From: Bacteroidales bacterium
GTDB lineage: Bacteria; Bacteroidota; Bacteroidia; Bacteroidales; UBA932
Direction of reading: 5' to 3'
Assembly: GCA_031549685.1 (NCBI GenBank)
Contig: JAVBPG010000042.1
Location: forward strand, 3,826 to 67,825
Length of the DNA stretch: 64,000 nucleotides
Shown: positions 1-8,193 of the stretch, in pieces
Position numbering within the stretch: the stretch's first letter is position 1
Layout: every line of letters starts with the position of its first letter
Position numbers and translations under genes: made by a program
Notes under the pieces: generated by a model
What the model saw: only the letters and a program-made list of their open reading frames with translations
Databases searched by the model: none
What the model was told of the DNA's origin: nothing

Positions 1-2
1 GC

Positions 3-116
3 GGCATAGCCCAGCTTGCCAAGCGCAAGGGCGGCCCCGCCACCCTCGACGAGCTGGTGCAAAACAATATCCTTACCGCCGACAAGGCCGAGAAGCTGAA
101 GCCTTATGTGAAGTAG
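3..116 (+). CDS. 3' end of an unidentified CDS that enters from upstream (…LAKRKGGPATLDELVQNNILTADKAEKLKPYVK*)
   Basis: The frame is open from the window edge to TAG at 114-116 and is followed by a hairpin plus T-tract. I did not recognise a family. Confidence 0.3.
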   Translation, partial: GIAQLAKRKGGPATLDELVQNNILTADKAEKLKPYVK

Positions 117-191
117 CGGCTTACGGATAAGAGTCTTGCCTTAAAATTCATTGAAATTATTCACAAAAACAAGAAAAGATTCAGCAAAATT

Positions 192-225
192 GGAAGTCCG
201 GCTACATGGACTTTCCACCTTTTTT
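192..225 (+). terminator. Intrinsic terminator after the upstream partial CDS
   Basis: The stem is ggaagtcc/ggactttcc with one bulge, followed by cctttttt. Confidence 0.55.
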
Positions 226-309
226 GAACAGCCTCTTTTGTGAGTAGGTTTTGCGTGCGTGCAAACGTTTTTTACAAGTAAACAGAGGTGTAACCTCCCG
301 ATATTTTGT

Positions 310-317
310 TAACTTTG
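310..317 (+). promoter_or_regulatory. Candidate Bacteroidota -7 promoter box (TAACTTTG) for fba
   Basis: It matches TAnnTTTG about 67 nt upstream of the ATG at 384. Confidence 0.35.
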
Positions 318-383
318 TACCTCTTTTATCCAAAAAAGAAGAAAAAGTAGAATTATTATTTATTCATCTTTAATTATTTACTT

Positions 384-1376
384 ATGATTTCGTACAAAGA
401 TTTGGGCCTTGTAAACTCAAGGGAGCTTTTCAAAAAGGCCATGGCGGGAAAGTATGCCATTCCCGCGTTTAACTTCAACAATATGGAGCAGCTGCAGGCC
501 ATTGTGCAAGCTTGCGCCGAGACAAAGTCTCCCGTTATTTTGCAGGTATCGAGCGGCGCGCGCAAGTACGCCAACCAAACCATGCTGCGCTACATGGCGC
601 AGGGCGCTGTGGAGTACGCCAAGGAGCTGGGCGTAAACGTACCCATAGTGCTCCACCTCGACCACGGCGATACGTTTGAGCTGTGCAAGAGCTGCATTGA
701 ATACGGCTTTTCGAGCGTGATGATCGACGGCTCGCACCACTCGTACAACGAGAACGTGGAGCTGACCGCCAAGGTGGTGGAGTACGCCCACAAGTACGAT
801 GTAACCGTTGAGGGCGAGCTGGGCGTGCTGGCAGGTGTTGAGGATGAGGTTTCGGCCGAGCACCACACCTACACGCAGCCCGAAGAGGTGGAAGACTTTT
901 TGAAAAAAACCGGCGTTGACTCGCTGGCTATCTCCATCGGAACCTCGCACGGCGCCAACAAGTTTAAGCCCGAGCAGTGCACCCGCAACGCCGAGGGCAT
1001 TCTGATTCCGCCCCCCCTGCGCTTCGATATTTTGGAGGAAATCGAAAAGCGCATTCCCGGCTTCCCCATTGTGCTGCACGGCGCTTCGAGCGTGCCCCAG
1101 GACCAGGTGGCCATTATCAACAAGTATGGCGGAGCGCTCAAGGACGCCGTGGGCATTCCCGAGGAGCAGCTGCGCCGCGCCGCAACTTCGGCTGTGTGCA
1201 AAATCAACATCGACAGCGATGCACGCCTGGCCATGACGGCTTCGGTGCGCGAGGTGTTTGCCACCAAGCCCGCCGAGTTCGACCCGCGCAAGTACCTGGG
1301 TCCGGCCCGCGACAACCTCAAGCAGCTCTACATGCACAAGATTGTAAACGTGCTGGGTAGCGCTAACCAAATTTAG
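384..1376 (+). CDS. fba: Class II fructose-1,6-bisphosphate aldolase
   Basis: The 330-aa ORF has a typical class II FBA N-terminus (AIPAFNFNNMEQ…ILQVSSGARKY…LHLDHG). Confidence 0.95.
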   Translation: MISYKDLGLVNSRELFKKAMAGKYAIPAFNFNNMEQLQAIVQACAETKSPVILQVSSGARKYANQTMLRYMAQGAVEYAKELGVNVPIVLHLDHGDTFELCKSCIEYGFSSVMIDGSHHSYNENVELTAKVVEYAHKYDVTVEGELGVLAGVEDEVSAEHHTYTQPEEVEDFLKKTGVDSLAISIGTSHGANKFKPEQCTRNAEGILIPPPLRFDILEEIEKRIPGFPIVLHGASSVPQDQVAIINKYGGALKDAVGIPEEQLRRAATSAVCKINIDSDARLAMTASVREVFATKPAEFDPRKYLGPARDNLKQLYMHKIVNVLGSANQI

Positions 1377-1432
1377 CGCAAGGATTCATTGCCGCCTGCT
1401 TTAGCTGACGGTTGGTAAGCCCATGGAATTTT

Positions 1433-1486
1433 GCGCGCGGAGAACAAGTGTTAATCTTAGGAAAACACTTGCTCCGCGCGCTTTTC
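1433..1486. terminator. Bidirectional hairpin terminator between convergent fba and the XRE gene
   Basis: The ~18-20 bp arms gcgcgcggagaacaagtgtt / aacacttgctccgcgcgc are followed by tttt. Confidence 0.7.
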
Positions 1487-1504
1487 ATTGCCCACTGTCC
1501 CTCC

Positions 1505-1726
1505 TTACTCCACATTCACCAGGTCAGCTACGCTTACGTCCAGCGCGTAGGCTATTTTGTAGAGCGTTTTTACGGTAAGATTCGTTTTGCCGGCCTCAAT
1601 GCGCGACATATTCGAGGTCTCAAAGTTACATGCGGCTGCCAAATCCTGAGCGCTTACGCCCCGCTCCCTCCTTAGGTATCTTATTTGCTCTCCGATTTTT
1701 ATCAGCAACCTTTCAGCGCTAATCAT
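1505..1726 (-). CDS. XRE-family helix-turn-helix transcriptional regulator (small)
   Basis: The HTH_3-like sequence is IRYLRRERGVSAQDLAAACNFETSNMSRIEAGKTNLTVKTLYKIAYALDV. I chose the internal ATG at 1726, which is preceded by aaaggagg. The track ORF extends to 1759. Confidence 0.8.
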   Translation of the reverse strand: MISAERLLIKIGEQIRYLRRERGVSAQDLAAACNFETSNMSRIEAGKTNLTVKTLYKIAYALDVSVADLVNVE

Positions 1727-1737
1727 AAATCCTCCTT

Positions 1738-1759
1738 TTGTTATCGTAGTTGATAACAA
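1738..1759. promoter_or_regulatory. Palindrome TTGTTATC-N6-GATAACAA in the divergent XRE/GntR promoter region
   Basis: Perfect 8-bp arms lie just upstream of the XRE start. They share a TTATC/GATAA core with the 1786-1803 palindrome. Confidence 0.45.
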
Positions 1760-1785
1760 AGGTTTTTTATTATCTTTGCTAGTCG

Positions 1786-1803
1786 CTTATCATAAATGAT
1801 AAG
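1786..1803. promoter_or_regulatory. Perfect palindrome CTTATCAT-AA-ATGATAAG (candidate operator)
   Basis: This is an 8+8 bp perfect inverted repeat between the divergent regulator genes. Confidence 0.45.
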
Positions 1804-1854
1804 TTTTCTTGTGTAAAAGTAATGTCGAAATAGCCGCTTGAACGTTAATTAATC

Positions 1855-2226
1855 ATGGATAGTATTCTTAACAGCTTACAGGAAGTGGTTGTGGAAAAAC
1901 CAGCAGATGTTATTATTCGCCAAATCAAAAGCCTGATTGCAGAAGGTCAGCTTAAGGCGGGTGATAGGTTGCCTTCGGAGCGCAAGCTCTCCGAGCGTTT
2001 TGGGGTGGGGCGCACCTACGTGCGCGACGCTATTAAGCAGCTGGAGTTTTACGGGGTGTTGCGTACGCTGCCGCAAAGCGGAACAGCGGTTGTTGGACTT
2101 GACTTGGCCGATTTGCAGCGACTTATAGGAGATTTGCTGAGTACCTATCGCGATTTGCATAAGCTGTCGCCCGAGGAGGAAAGCAAGCTGCAGGATTTGT
2201 ATAAAAAGGAAATGTTTTTACACTAA
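1855..2226 (+). CDS. GntR-family transcriptional regulator, short (YtrA-like size)
   Basis: The GntR winged-HTH signature is LPSERKLSERFGVGRTYVRDAIKQLEFYGVLRTLPQSG. At 123 aa it has only a short C-terminal tail. Confidence 0.8.
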   Translation: MDSILNSLQEVVVEKPADVIIRQIKSLIAEGQLKAGDRLPSERKLSERFGVGRTYVRDAIKQLEFYGVLRTLPQSGTAVVGLDLADLQRLIGDLLSTYRDLHKLSPEEESKLQDLYKKEMFLH

Positions 2227-2240
2227 AATATAGAAATCTT

Positions 2241-3056
2241 CTAGTACTGCTCCTTTTCGTTCGGAAAATCACCGCTCTTTACATCGGCTACGTACTGCTC
2301 AAAGGCGCTTTTGGCCACATCGTACAGGCTGGCGTACCGGCGGAGAAAGCGGGGCGAGAAATCCTTCGAAAGCCCCAGCATGTCGTGCATAACCAGCACC
2401 TGCCCATCTACGCCGCTGCCCGCGCCAATGCCTATAATGGGTATTTTGAGCTCACTTGCCACGCGTGTACCCAGCACGGCCGGGATTTTCTCAAGCACTA
2501 TGGCAAAGCATCCGGCCTCCTCAAGCAGGTGCGCGTCCTTTACTAGCTTTTCCGCCTCGGCGGCCTCCTTGGCGCGCACGGTGTAGGTGCCGAACTTATT
2601 GATGGCCTGCGGTGTTAACCCGAGGTGCCCCATTACCGGAATGCCGGCGCAGAGCACGCGCTCTATCGACTCCAGAATTTCTTCGCCACCCTCCATTTTT
2701 ACGGCGTCGGCACCGCTTTCCTTCATAATGCGAATGGCGGAGTGTAGCGCCTCCTTAGAGTTACCCTGGTAGGAGCCAAAGGGTAAATCGACCACTACCA
2801 TGGCTTTTTTGACGGCGCGCACCACCGACTGCGCGTGGTAAATCATTTGGTCGAGCGTAATGGGCAGCGTGGTGTCGTGCCCGGCCATTACGTTGGCGGC
2901 CGAGTCGCCCACCAGCACCACATCCATGCCCACCGAATCGACAATGCGCCCCATGGTGTAGTCGTAGGTGGTGAGCATGGCTATTTTTTCGCTGCGCTGC
3001 TTTTTTTCCATCAGGCGCTGCGTGGTAATGATGCGTTCTTTTCCTTCGGTTGACAT
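2241..3056 (-). CDS. panB: 3-methyl-2-oxobutanoate hydroxymethyltransferase
   Basis: The 271-aa ORF carries PanB motifs (TTYDY…VLVGDS…, KMEGG). Confidence 0.95.
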   Translation of the reverse strand: MSTEGKERIITTQRLMEKKQRSEKIAMLTTYDYTMGRIVDSVGMDVVLVGDSAANVMAGHDTTLPITLDQMIYHAQSVVRAVKKAMVVVDLPFGSYQGNSKEALHSAIRIMKESGADAVKMEGGEEILESIERVLCAGIPVMGHLGLTPQAINKFGTYTVRAKEAAEAEKLVKDAHLLEEAGCFAIVLEKIPAVLGTRVASELKIPIIGIGAGSGVDGQVLVMHDMLGLSKDFSPRFLRRYASLYDVAKSAFEQYVADVKSGDFPNEKEQY

Positions 3057-3081
3057 CGCTTATGGGTTTAAAATTTAAGGT

Positions 3082-3329
3082 TTAAAGTTTAGGCATTGTT
3101 AACAAAATATAGTTTTAGACAGGATTGGCTTCGCCGAGCTAACGGTTAACATGATTTGCAGGATTTTTCATGTCAATCATGTTAATCCTGTCTAAAATAA
3201 ATTTATTGTAATACGCTAATAATCAAAATTAAATAAAAATACCAATCCTTAGATTTTTATGAATTGGCTTAATAATCTATTCGCCATCATTAGTCAATGC
3301 TATATTTGATTAACAATGCCAAAGTTTAA
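3082..3329. repeat. AT-rich segment bounded by ~30-bp imperfect inverted repeats, with nested hairpins inside
   Basis: 3082-3112 (ttaaagtttaggcattgttaacaaaatatag) matches the reverse complement of 3300-3329. Inside are a perfect 14-bp IR (3113-3126 / 3184-3197) and an 11-bp IR ttaacatgatt/aatcatgttaa. Confidence 0.7.
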
Positions 3330-3331
3330 GG

Positions 3332-4195
3332 TTAGGCTTCGCTTGTTGCGTTTTCCTTTTGAGCGGCAGCGGCTCTTGGCGGAAAGGCTACCTCCCAAAT
3401 GGCGTTGGTGGGGCATTCGCCGGGGCACTTGCGGCACAGCTTGCACTTTTGCGGGTCGATGTAGGCCAGGTTGTTGCTCATGGTAATGGCCTCGTAGGCG
3501 CACACCTTGTGGCACTTGGTGCAGCCGGTGCAGGCCACGGTGCAGGCCTTTTTGGCCACGCCGCCCTTATCCTTGTTGATGCACGAAACGAAGATGCGCT
3601 TGCCCTTGGGGCCTTTTCTGCGCAGCTCAATAATGAGCTTGGGGCAGGCCTTGACGCAGGCGCCACAGGCGGTGCACTTCTCCTCGTCCACCACGGGAAG
3701 CCCCGTGGCCTCGTCCATGTGCAGGGCGTCGAACTTGCACGATAGGGCGCAGTCGCCCTTGCCCAAGCAGCCGTACGAGCAGCCGGTATCGCCGCTGTAG
3801 AGCGAGGCGGCAATGGCGCACGACGAGGCGCCCTCGTACAGGTTCGTGCGCGGACGGTGCGCGTAGCTGCCGTTGCAGCGCACCACCGCAACCTGGGGCT
3901 CCTTTTCGGCGGCAGCCTTGCCTAAAATTTTGGCTACGTTGGCCATGCAGCTGTTGCCGCCCACGGGGCAGTACAGCAGCGATAAATCGTCGGCGCTTAC
4001 GGCCGCCGTGGCAAAGGCGCGGCAGCCGGCGTAGCCGCATCCGCCGCAGTTGGCGCCCGGCAGGGCCGCCTCGACATCGTCAATGCGCGGATCCTCAAAA
4101 ACCTTAAATTTTTGGGCAACTAAATACAAAACAACCGCAAGCAGGATGCCGAGAATGGTAAGCGTTGCAATTGTAATAATAATGGAGGAGCTCAT
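3332..4195 (-). CDS. rnfB: Rnf electron-transport complex subunit B (Fe-S protein)
   Basis: It has an N-terminal TM helix, then CGGCGYAGC and several CxxCxxCxxxCP ferredoxin motifs. I chose the start at MSSSIIITIA (4195). Confidence 0.85.
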   Translation of the reverse strand: MSSSIIITIATLTILGILLAVVLYLVAQKFKVFEDPRIDDVEAALPGANCGGCGYAGCRAFATAAVSADDLSLLYCPVGGNSCMANVAKILGKAAAEKEPQVAVVRCNGSYAHRPRTNLYEGASSCAIAASLYSGDTGCSYGCLGKGDCALSCKFDALHMDEATGLPVVDEEKCTACGACVKACPKLIIELRRKGPKGKRIFVSCINKDKGGVAKKACTVACTGCTKCHKVCAYEAITMSNNLAYIDPQKCKLCRKCPGECPTNAIWEVAFPPRAAAAQKENATSEA

Positions 4196-4217
4196 GAACG
4201 TTAATGTTAGGGAAAGT

Positions 4218-4640
4218 TTAAATCGCCGGATATTTTTCGAGCGTAAAGTTGAATTCTTTATCCAGCCGGTTGCGGAAAAAGTACAGCGCAATGTAGTACA
4301 AAGCCAGTATTCCTAAAGAAATCAGGCCTGCTGCACCCTCGGGCAACCCTGCCGAAAAAAGGATGAGGAGGCTTGCCACCAGCACCACCAGCGGGAGCAC
4401 GTAGGCCAGCATTACGGCCCTGCGCCCGAGCGATTGATTCATGACCACATTGACCGGTTCGCCCACCTCAAACTGCTGTAGCCCGGGCATTACCTGTATC
4501 ATCTTATCCTGCACATCGGCCATGGAGCAGGCGCCTTTGGCGTGGCACGTGCCGCAGGCCGATACGCTCTCAATGCGCACCAGCACGCCGTGCTCATCAA
4601 TCTGCTCAACGACGCCGGGGTGTGAAATTTTGTTGGACAT
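4218..4640 (-). CDS. RseC/SoxR-reducing-system family protein (usual first gene of Bacteroidota rnf operons)
   Basis: The N-terminal domain has CGTCHAKGAC and is followed by two TM helices. I chose the start at MSNKISH (4640). Confidence 0.75.
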   Translation of the reverse strand: MSNKISHPGVVEQIDEHGVLVRIESVSACGTCHAKGACSMADVQDKMIQVMPGLQQFEVGEPVNVVMNQSLGRRAVMLAYVLPLVVLVASLLILFSAGLPEGAAGLISLGILALYYIALYFFRNRLDKEFNFTLEKYPAI

Positions 4641-4667
4641 ATTTAAATCAAAATGCGTAAATCCACG

Positions 4668-4675
4668 CAAAGGTA
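4668..4675 (-). promoter_or_regulatory. Candidate -7 box (TACCTTTG on the minus strand) for rseC-rnfB
   Basis: The plus-strand sequence caaaggta lies 28 nt upstream of the ATG at 4640. Confidence 0.4.
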
Positions 4676-4766
4676 AGCATTAAAAACGCTTTGGCAAGTG
4701 GGTGCAATGTAAAGTTGTGGCTACTATGAGGCGTAAGCCGTTGCAAAGCGTTGCGGCTGCCTCTTG

Positions 4767-5599
4767 CTACAGCTTGCTTTTCATGGGGTACTTCAGATTC
4801 TCCCAGCTCTTGATGCGCGCGCGGATGCTGCCCACCTTAATGGGCGCTTCGACGTACACCGGCACCCGATTTTCGTCATCGGTTACCCAAAAAAACACCT
4901 GCTCCTTGCCGGTAAAAACGCTGCCCGCGATGAGGCTTCCCGAGAACTTCAGCGTCCTGAATTTGCCCACCCCCTTTACCTTTACCTCCTCGGCTCCGTA
5001 CAGCTTGTAGTTGATGTTGTAAACTTTGTTGTCCATGGCCAGTTGCACAGTGTAGGTGTTGCCTACTTTCATTCTCGAAAAATCGCAGCAGCGGTAGTAG
5101 TAAAACAGCGATACCACATCGAAGGTGCAGGGCGTGAGGCGCAGCGTATCCAGCTCGGCCGGCTGCGGCTTATCCAGGCGCTGGGTGGAGGAGTAGAGCA
5201 GGGTATCCTTCCAGCTGTAGTGCCCGAAGCTGTTGCGGCGGTAGCCACCCTCATCGATGTTGCGCTGCATGTAAAACGGCTGCAAGGTTTTTGCATCAAT
5301 TTTGGTGGAGAAGTAGTCGCGCACGGTAAAAAAATTATCGAAGAAAGCCTGAGTTTTCCCGTTGACCTCAATGTGGTAAAACGGCTTTTTCTTTTCCTCC
5401 TTCAGCGAGGTCAGGAATTCCACCTCGCCTACGTTGATCCACACGCCCCACGTGTAGCTGATGGTGTAGGTAACCTTTTCGCCCGACCGGAAAACGGGCT
5501 CGCGCTTGCTCATGTCGAACAGCAGGCACTCGCCTTGGGCAAAGGTGCTGGTGGTGAGAATAAAAAGGGCGAAACAAAAAAGCGCTTTACGGGCAGCAT
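4767..5599 (-). CDS. DUF3108 domain protein with an unresolved 5' end (apparent frameshift in an A6/T6 run)
   Basis: The body matches the DUF3108 family (…YTISYTWGVWINVGEVEF…). The long frame has no start codon near its signal-peptide-like segment. The ATG at 5599 is out of frame by one nt across the homopolymer at 5576-5581. Confidence 0.6.
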
Positions 5600-5636
5600 A
5601 TTTAGCTACCCTCCTAAAGGGGGCGCTAACGATGCT

Positions 5637-5740
5637 GCGCTTGCCCGCGGCATCATTGCGAGCGAAGCGCGGCAAGCTTTTGCTTTGCGCCGTTGGCGCA
5701 ACCGGAGAGATTGCTTCGTCGTTCCTCCTCGCAATGACGC
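5637..5740. repeat. GTCAT-family palindromic repeat units (two units)
   Basis: The sequences are catcattgcgagcgaagcgcggcaagc and gagattgcttcgtcgttcctcctcgcaatgac. They relate to units at seven other loci. Confidence 0.7.
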
Positions 5741-5858
5741 TACGAGGTAAGCATTGTACAAGTCCACAATTATTATAGCCCGGCCGGTGGCGGGGTTGGG
5801 GGTAAAATAGGGAAGGGTTAAGCACTACTTCAATGTCAAAATTGTAAAACGATATTTT

Positions 5859-7961
5859 CTAACTTATTACGCTGTAATCTCTTGCGCTTTGCTTATTTTT
5901 GCTGAGCGTTTGCAGCAGCAGCGCATTCTTGCTGTCGCTCAGCAGCGGGTCGTCCTCCAGTATTTGTTCGGCCACCTTGCGCGCGTACTCCAAAATTTTT
6001 CCGTCCTTCCCAAGGTTTGCAATGCGTAAGTCGAACGCCATGCCGCTTTGCATGGTGCCCTCCAGGTCGCCGGGCCCGCGCAGCTGGAGGTCGGCCTCGG
6101 CAATTTCAAAGCCGTCGTTGGTGCTGCACATCATGCTGAGGCGGTAGCGGCTGTCGCTGCTCAGCTTCACATCGCTCATCAGTATGCAAAACGATTGTTC
6201 GGCGCCGCGCCCCACGCGCCCGCGCAGCTGGTGCAGCTGGGCCAGGCCAAAGCGCTCGGCGCTTTCGATTACCATTACGCTGGCGTTGGGCACGTTCACG
6301 CCCACCTCAATGACCGAGGTGGCCACCATAATGCTGGCCTCGCCGCGCACAAACTCCTGCATGGCCCTGTCCTTTTCATCGTTTTTGAGCTTGCCGTGCA
6401 CCATGCACACCTTATAGTTAGGCGCGGGAAAGTTGTACGTAATCATTTCCCAGCCCTCCTCTAGGTTTTTGTAGTCCATCTTTTCGGACTCCTTAATGAG
6501 CGGGTAAACAACGTACACCTGCCGTCCGGCTTTTATTTGCTCGCGCAGAAAGTCGAATACCTGGCCGCGCTTGCTGTCGAAGTAGTGCACGGTTTTTATG
6601 GGCTTGCGCCCCGGCGGCAGCTCGTCGATTACCGACACGTCGAGGTCGCCGTAGAGCGTCATGGCCAGCGTGCGCGGAATGGGCGTGGCGGTCATCACCA
6701 GGATGTGCGGCGGGTGGTCGCTCTTTTCCCACATTTTGCCGCGCTGCGCCACGCCGAAGCGGTGCTGCTCGTCAATGATCACCAATCCTAAGTTCTTGAA
6801 CTGCACCGTGTCCTCAATGAGCGCATGCGTTCCGATGAGGATGTGAATTTCGCCGCTGAGCAGTTTCTCGAACAGCGCCGCGCGCTCCGATTTTTTGGTG
6901 GATCCGGTGAGCAGCGCCACGTTTACGGGAATGCCGTGCAGCATTTCGGTAATGCTTTTGAAGTGCTGTGTGGCCAGAATTTCGGTAGGCGCCATGATGC
7001 ACGACTGAAACCCGTTGTCGGCGGCAATCAACGCGCACATGAGCGCCACCATGGTTTTGCCGCTGCCCACATCGCCCTGCAGCAGGCGGTTCATCTGTTT
7101 TCCCGAACCGGTGTCGGTGCGTATTTCCTTGATAACGCGCTTTTGGGCCTTGGTTAGCTCAAATGGTAAATTATTGTGGTAAAATGAGTTGAATAAATCG
7201 CCGACCTTCGAAAAGTGAAAGCCGTTGTTGGCCTTGCGGCGGGTGGAGCGCTGCCTGAGCAGGCTCAGCTCAACGTAAAACAGCTCCTCGAACTTGAGCC
7301 TGTCCTGCGCCTTCTTCAGCAGCTCGGGCGTTTGCGGAAAGTGAATGTTGAGCAGCGCATCCCTGAGCGGAATGAGCTTGCTCGCCGTGCGAATGTACTC
7401 GGGCAGCGTTTCCTCAACTTTGGGCAGGGCCATGCCCAGCAGCGCGCTTTGGTAGCGGTTGAAGGCGCGGGGCCCGAGGCCGTTGTCGCGCAGCCGCTCG
7501 GTGCTGCTGTACACCGCCTGAATGTTCGATGTGATTTTTCCCTCCTCCTTGAGCGAGCTCTCCACCTCGGGGTGAACAATGTTGAATTTCCCGTTGAAGG
7601 CCGTGGGCTTACCGAAGATGGTGTAGGGCTCCTCCACGCGCAGATTTTTTTCCACGTACGAAATGCCCTTAAACCACACCAGCTCTATGTATCCGGTGCC
7701 GTCGGTAAAGACGGCGGTAAGCCTTTTTTGCTTTGCCGATACCTCGCGGAAGCCCGTAATTTTTCCCTTGAGCTGAATGTAGGACAGCTCATCGCTGATT
7801 TCGGCAATGGTGTAAATCTTGGTTTTGTCGATGTAGCGAAACGGAAAGGTGCGCAAAAAATCGCCGAAGGTAGCTATGTTGAGCTCCTTGAGCAGCAGCT
7901 CGGCGCGCTTAGGCCCAATGCCCGGCAGGAATTTTATTTCGGTGTCCAAAATATTTTGCAT
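5859..7961 (-). CDS. recG: ATP-dependent DNA helicase RecG
   Basis: The 700-aa ORF has a wedge domain and SF2 helicase motifs (GDVGSGKT, DEQHRFG, QLRGRVGRG). Confidence 0.95.
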   Translation of the reverse strand: MQNILDTEIKFLPGIGPKRAELLLKELNIATFGDFLRTFPFRYIDKTKIYTIAEISDELSYIQLKGKITGFREVSAKQKRLTAVFTDGTGYIELVWFKGISYVEKNLRVEEPYTIFGKPTAFNGKFNIVHPEVESSLKEEGKITSNIQAVYSSTERLRDNGLGPRAFNRYQSALLGMALPKVEETLPEYIRTASKLIPLRDALLNIHFPQTPELLKKAQDRLKFEELFYVELSLLRQRSTRRKANNGFHFSKVGDLFNSFYHNNLPFELTKAQKRVIKEIRTDTGSGKQMNRLLQGDVGSGKTMVALMCALIAADNGFQSCIMAPTEILATQHFKSITEMLHGIPVNVALLTGSTKKSERAALFEKLLSGEIHILIGTHALIEDTVQFKNLGLVIIDEQHRFGVAQRGKMWEKSDHPPHILVMTATPIPRTLAMTLYGDLDVSVIDELPPGRKPIKTVHYFDSKRGQVFDFLREQIKAGRQVYVVYPLIKESEKMDYKNLEEGWEMITYNFPAPNYKVCMVHGKLKNDEKDRAMQEFVRGEASIMVATSVIEVGVNVPNASVMVIESAERFGLAQLHQLRGRVGRGAEQSFCILMSDVKLSSDSRYRLSMMCSTNDGFEIAEADLQLRGPGDLEGTMQSGMAFDLRIANLGKDGKILEYARKVAEQILEDDPLLSDSKNALLLQTLSKNKQSARDYSVIS

Positions 7962-8055
7962 AGCAGGACAAAGTTACTCAAAAGCTTGAAAATTTCGTAT
8001 CTTTGTTAGCTCTGTAAAAAAAATACTCTAAAAGAATTGCGCTTTGTCATAGAGC

Positions 8056-8143
8056 GTCACTCTGAGCGAAGCGAAGAATCTCAGGCTGAAATACTTTAGC
8101 CCAAATGCGCGCGTTTGAGACTCTTCGCTTCGCTCAGAATGAC
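8056..8143. repeat. GTCAT-family long palindrome (about 28-bp arms)
   Basis: gtcactctgagcgaagcgaagaatctca pairs with tgagactcttcgcttcgctcagaatgac, with two mismatches. Confidence 0.8.
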
Positions 8144-8193
8144 AGGAGGTTACATGCGTGATTTCATTGCAAAATTATAGAGTGAAAGGCCTA

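Noticed and set aside
417-1370. 317-aa ORF antisense to fba, and similar long antisense ORFs at 27755-28657, 35026-37257, 59477-60253 and 60514-61230
   Set aside because: Each lies opposite a gene with clear family motifs, and none has recognisable motifs of its own. I treated them as GC-driven shadow ORFs.
5600-5825. Using ATG 5825 as the DUF3108 start, as in the ORF track
   Set aside because: The extra ~75 residues are translations of GTCAT-family palindromes and would bury the signal peptide. The homopolymer frameshift explanation fits better, though it is unproven.
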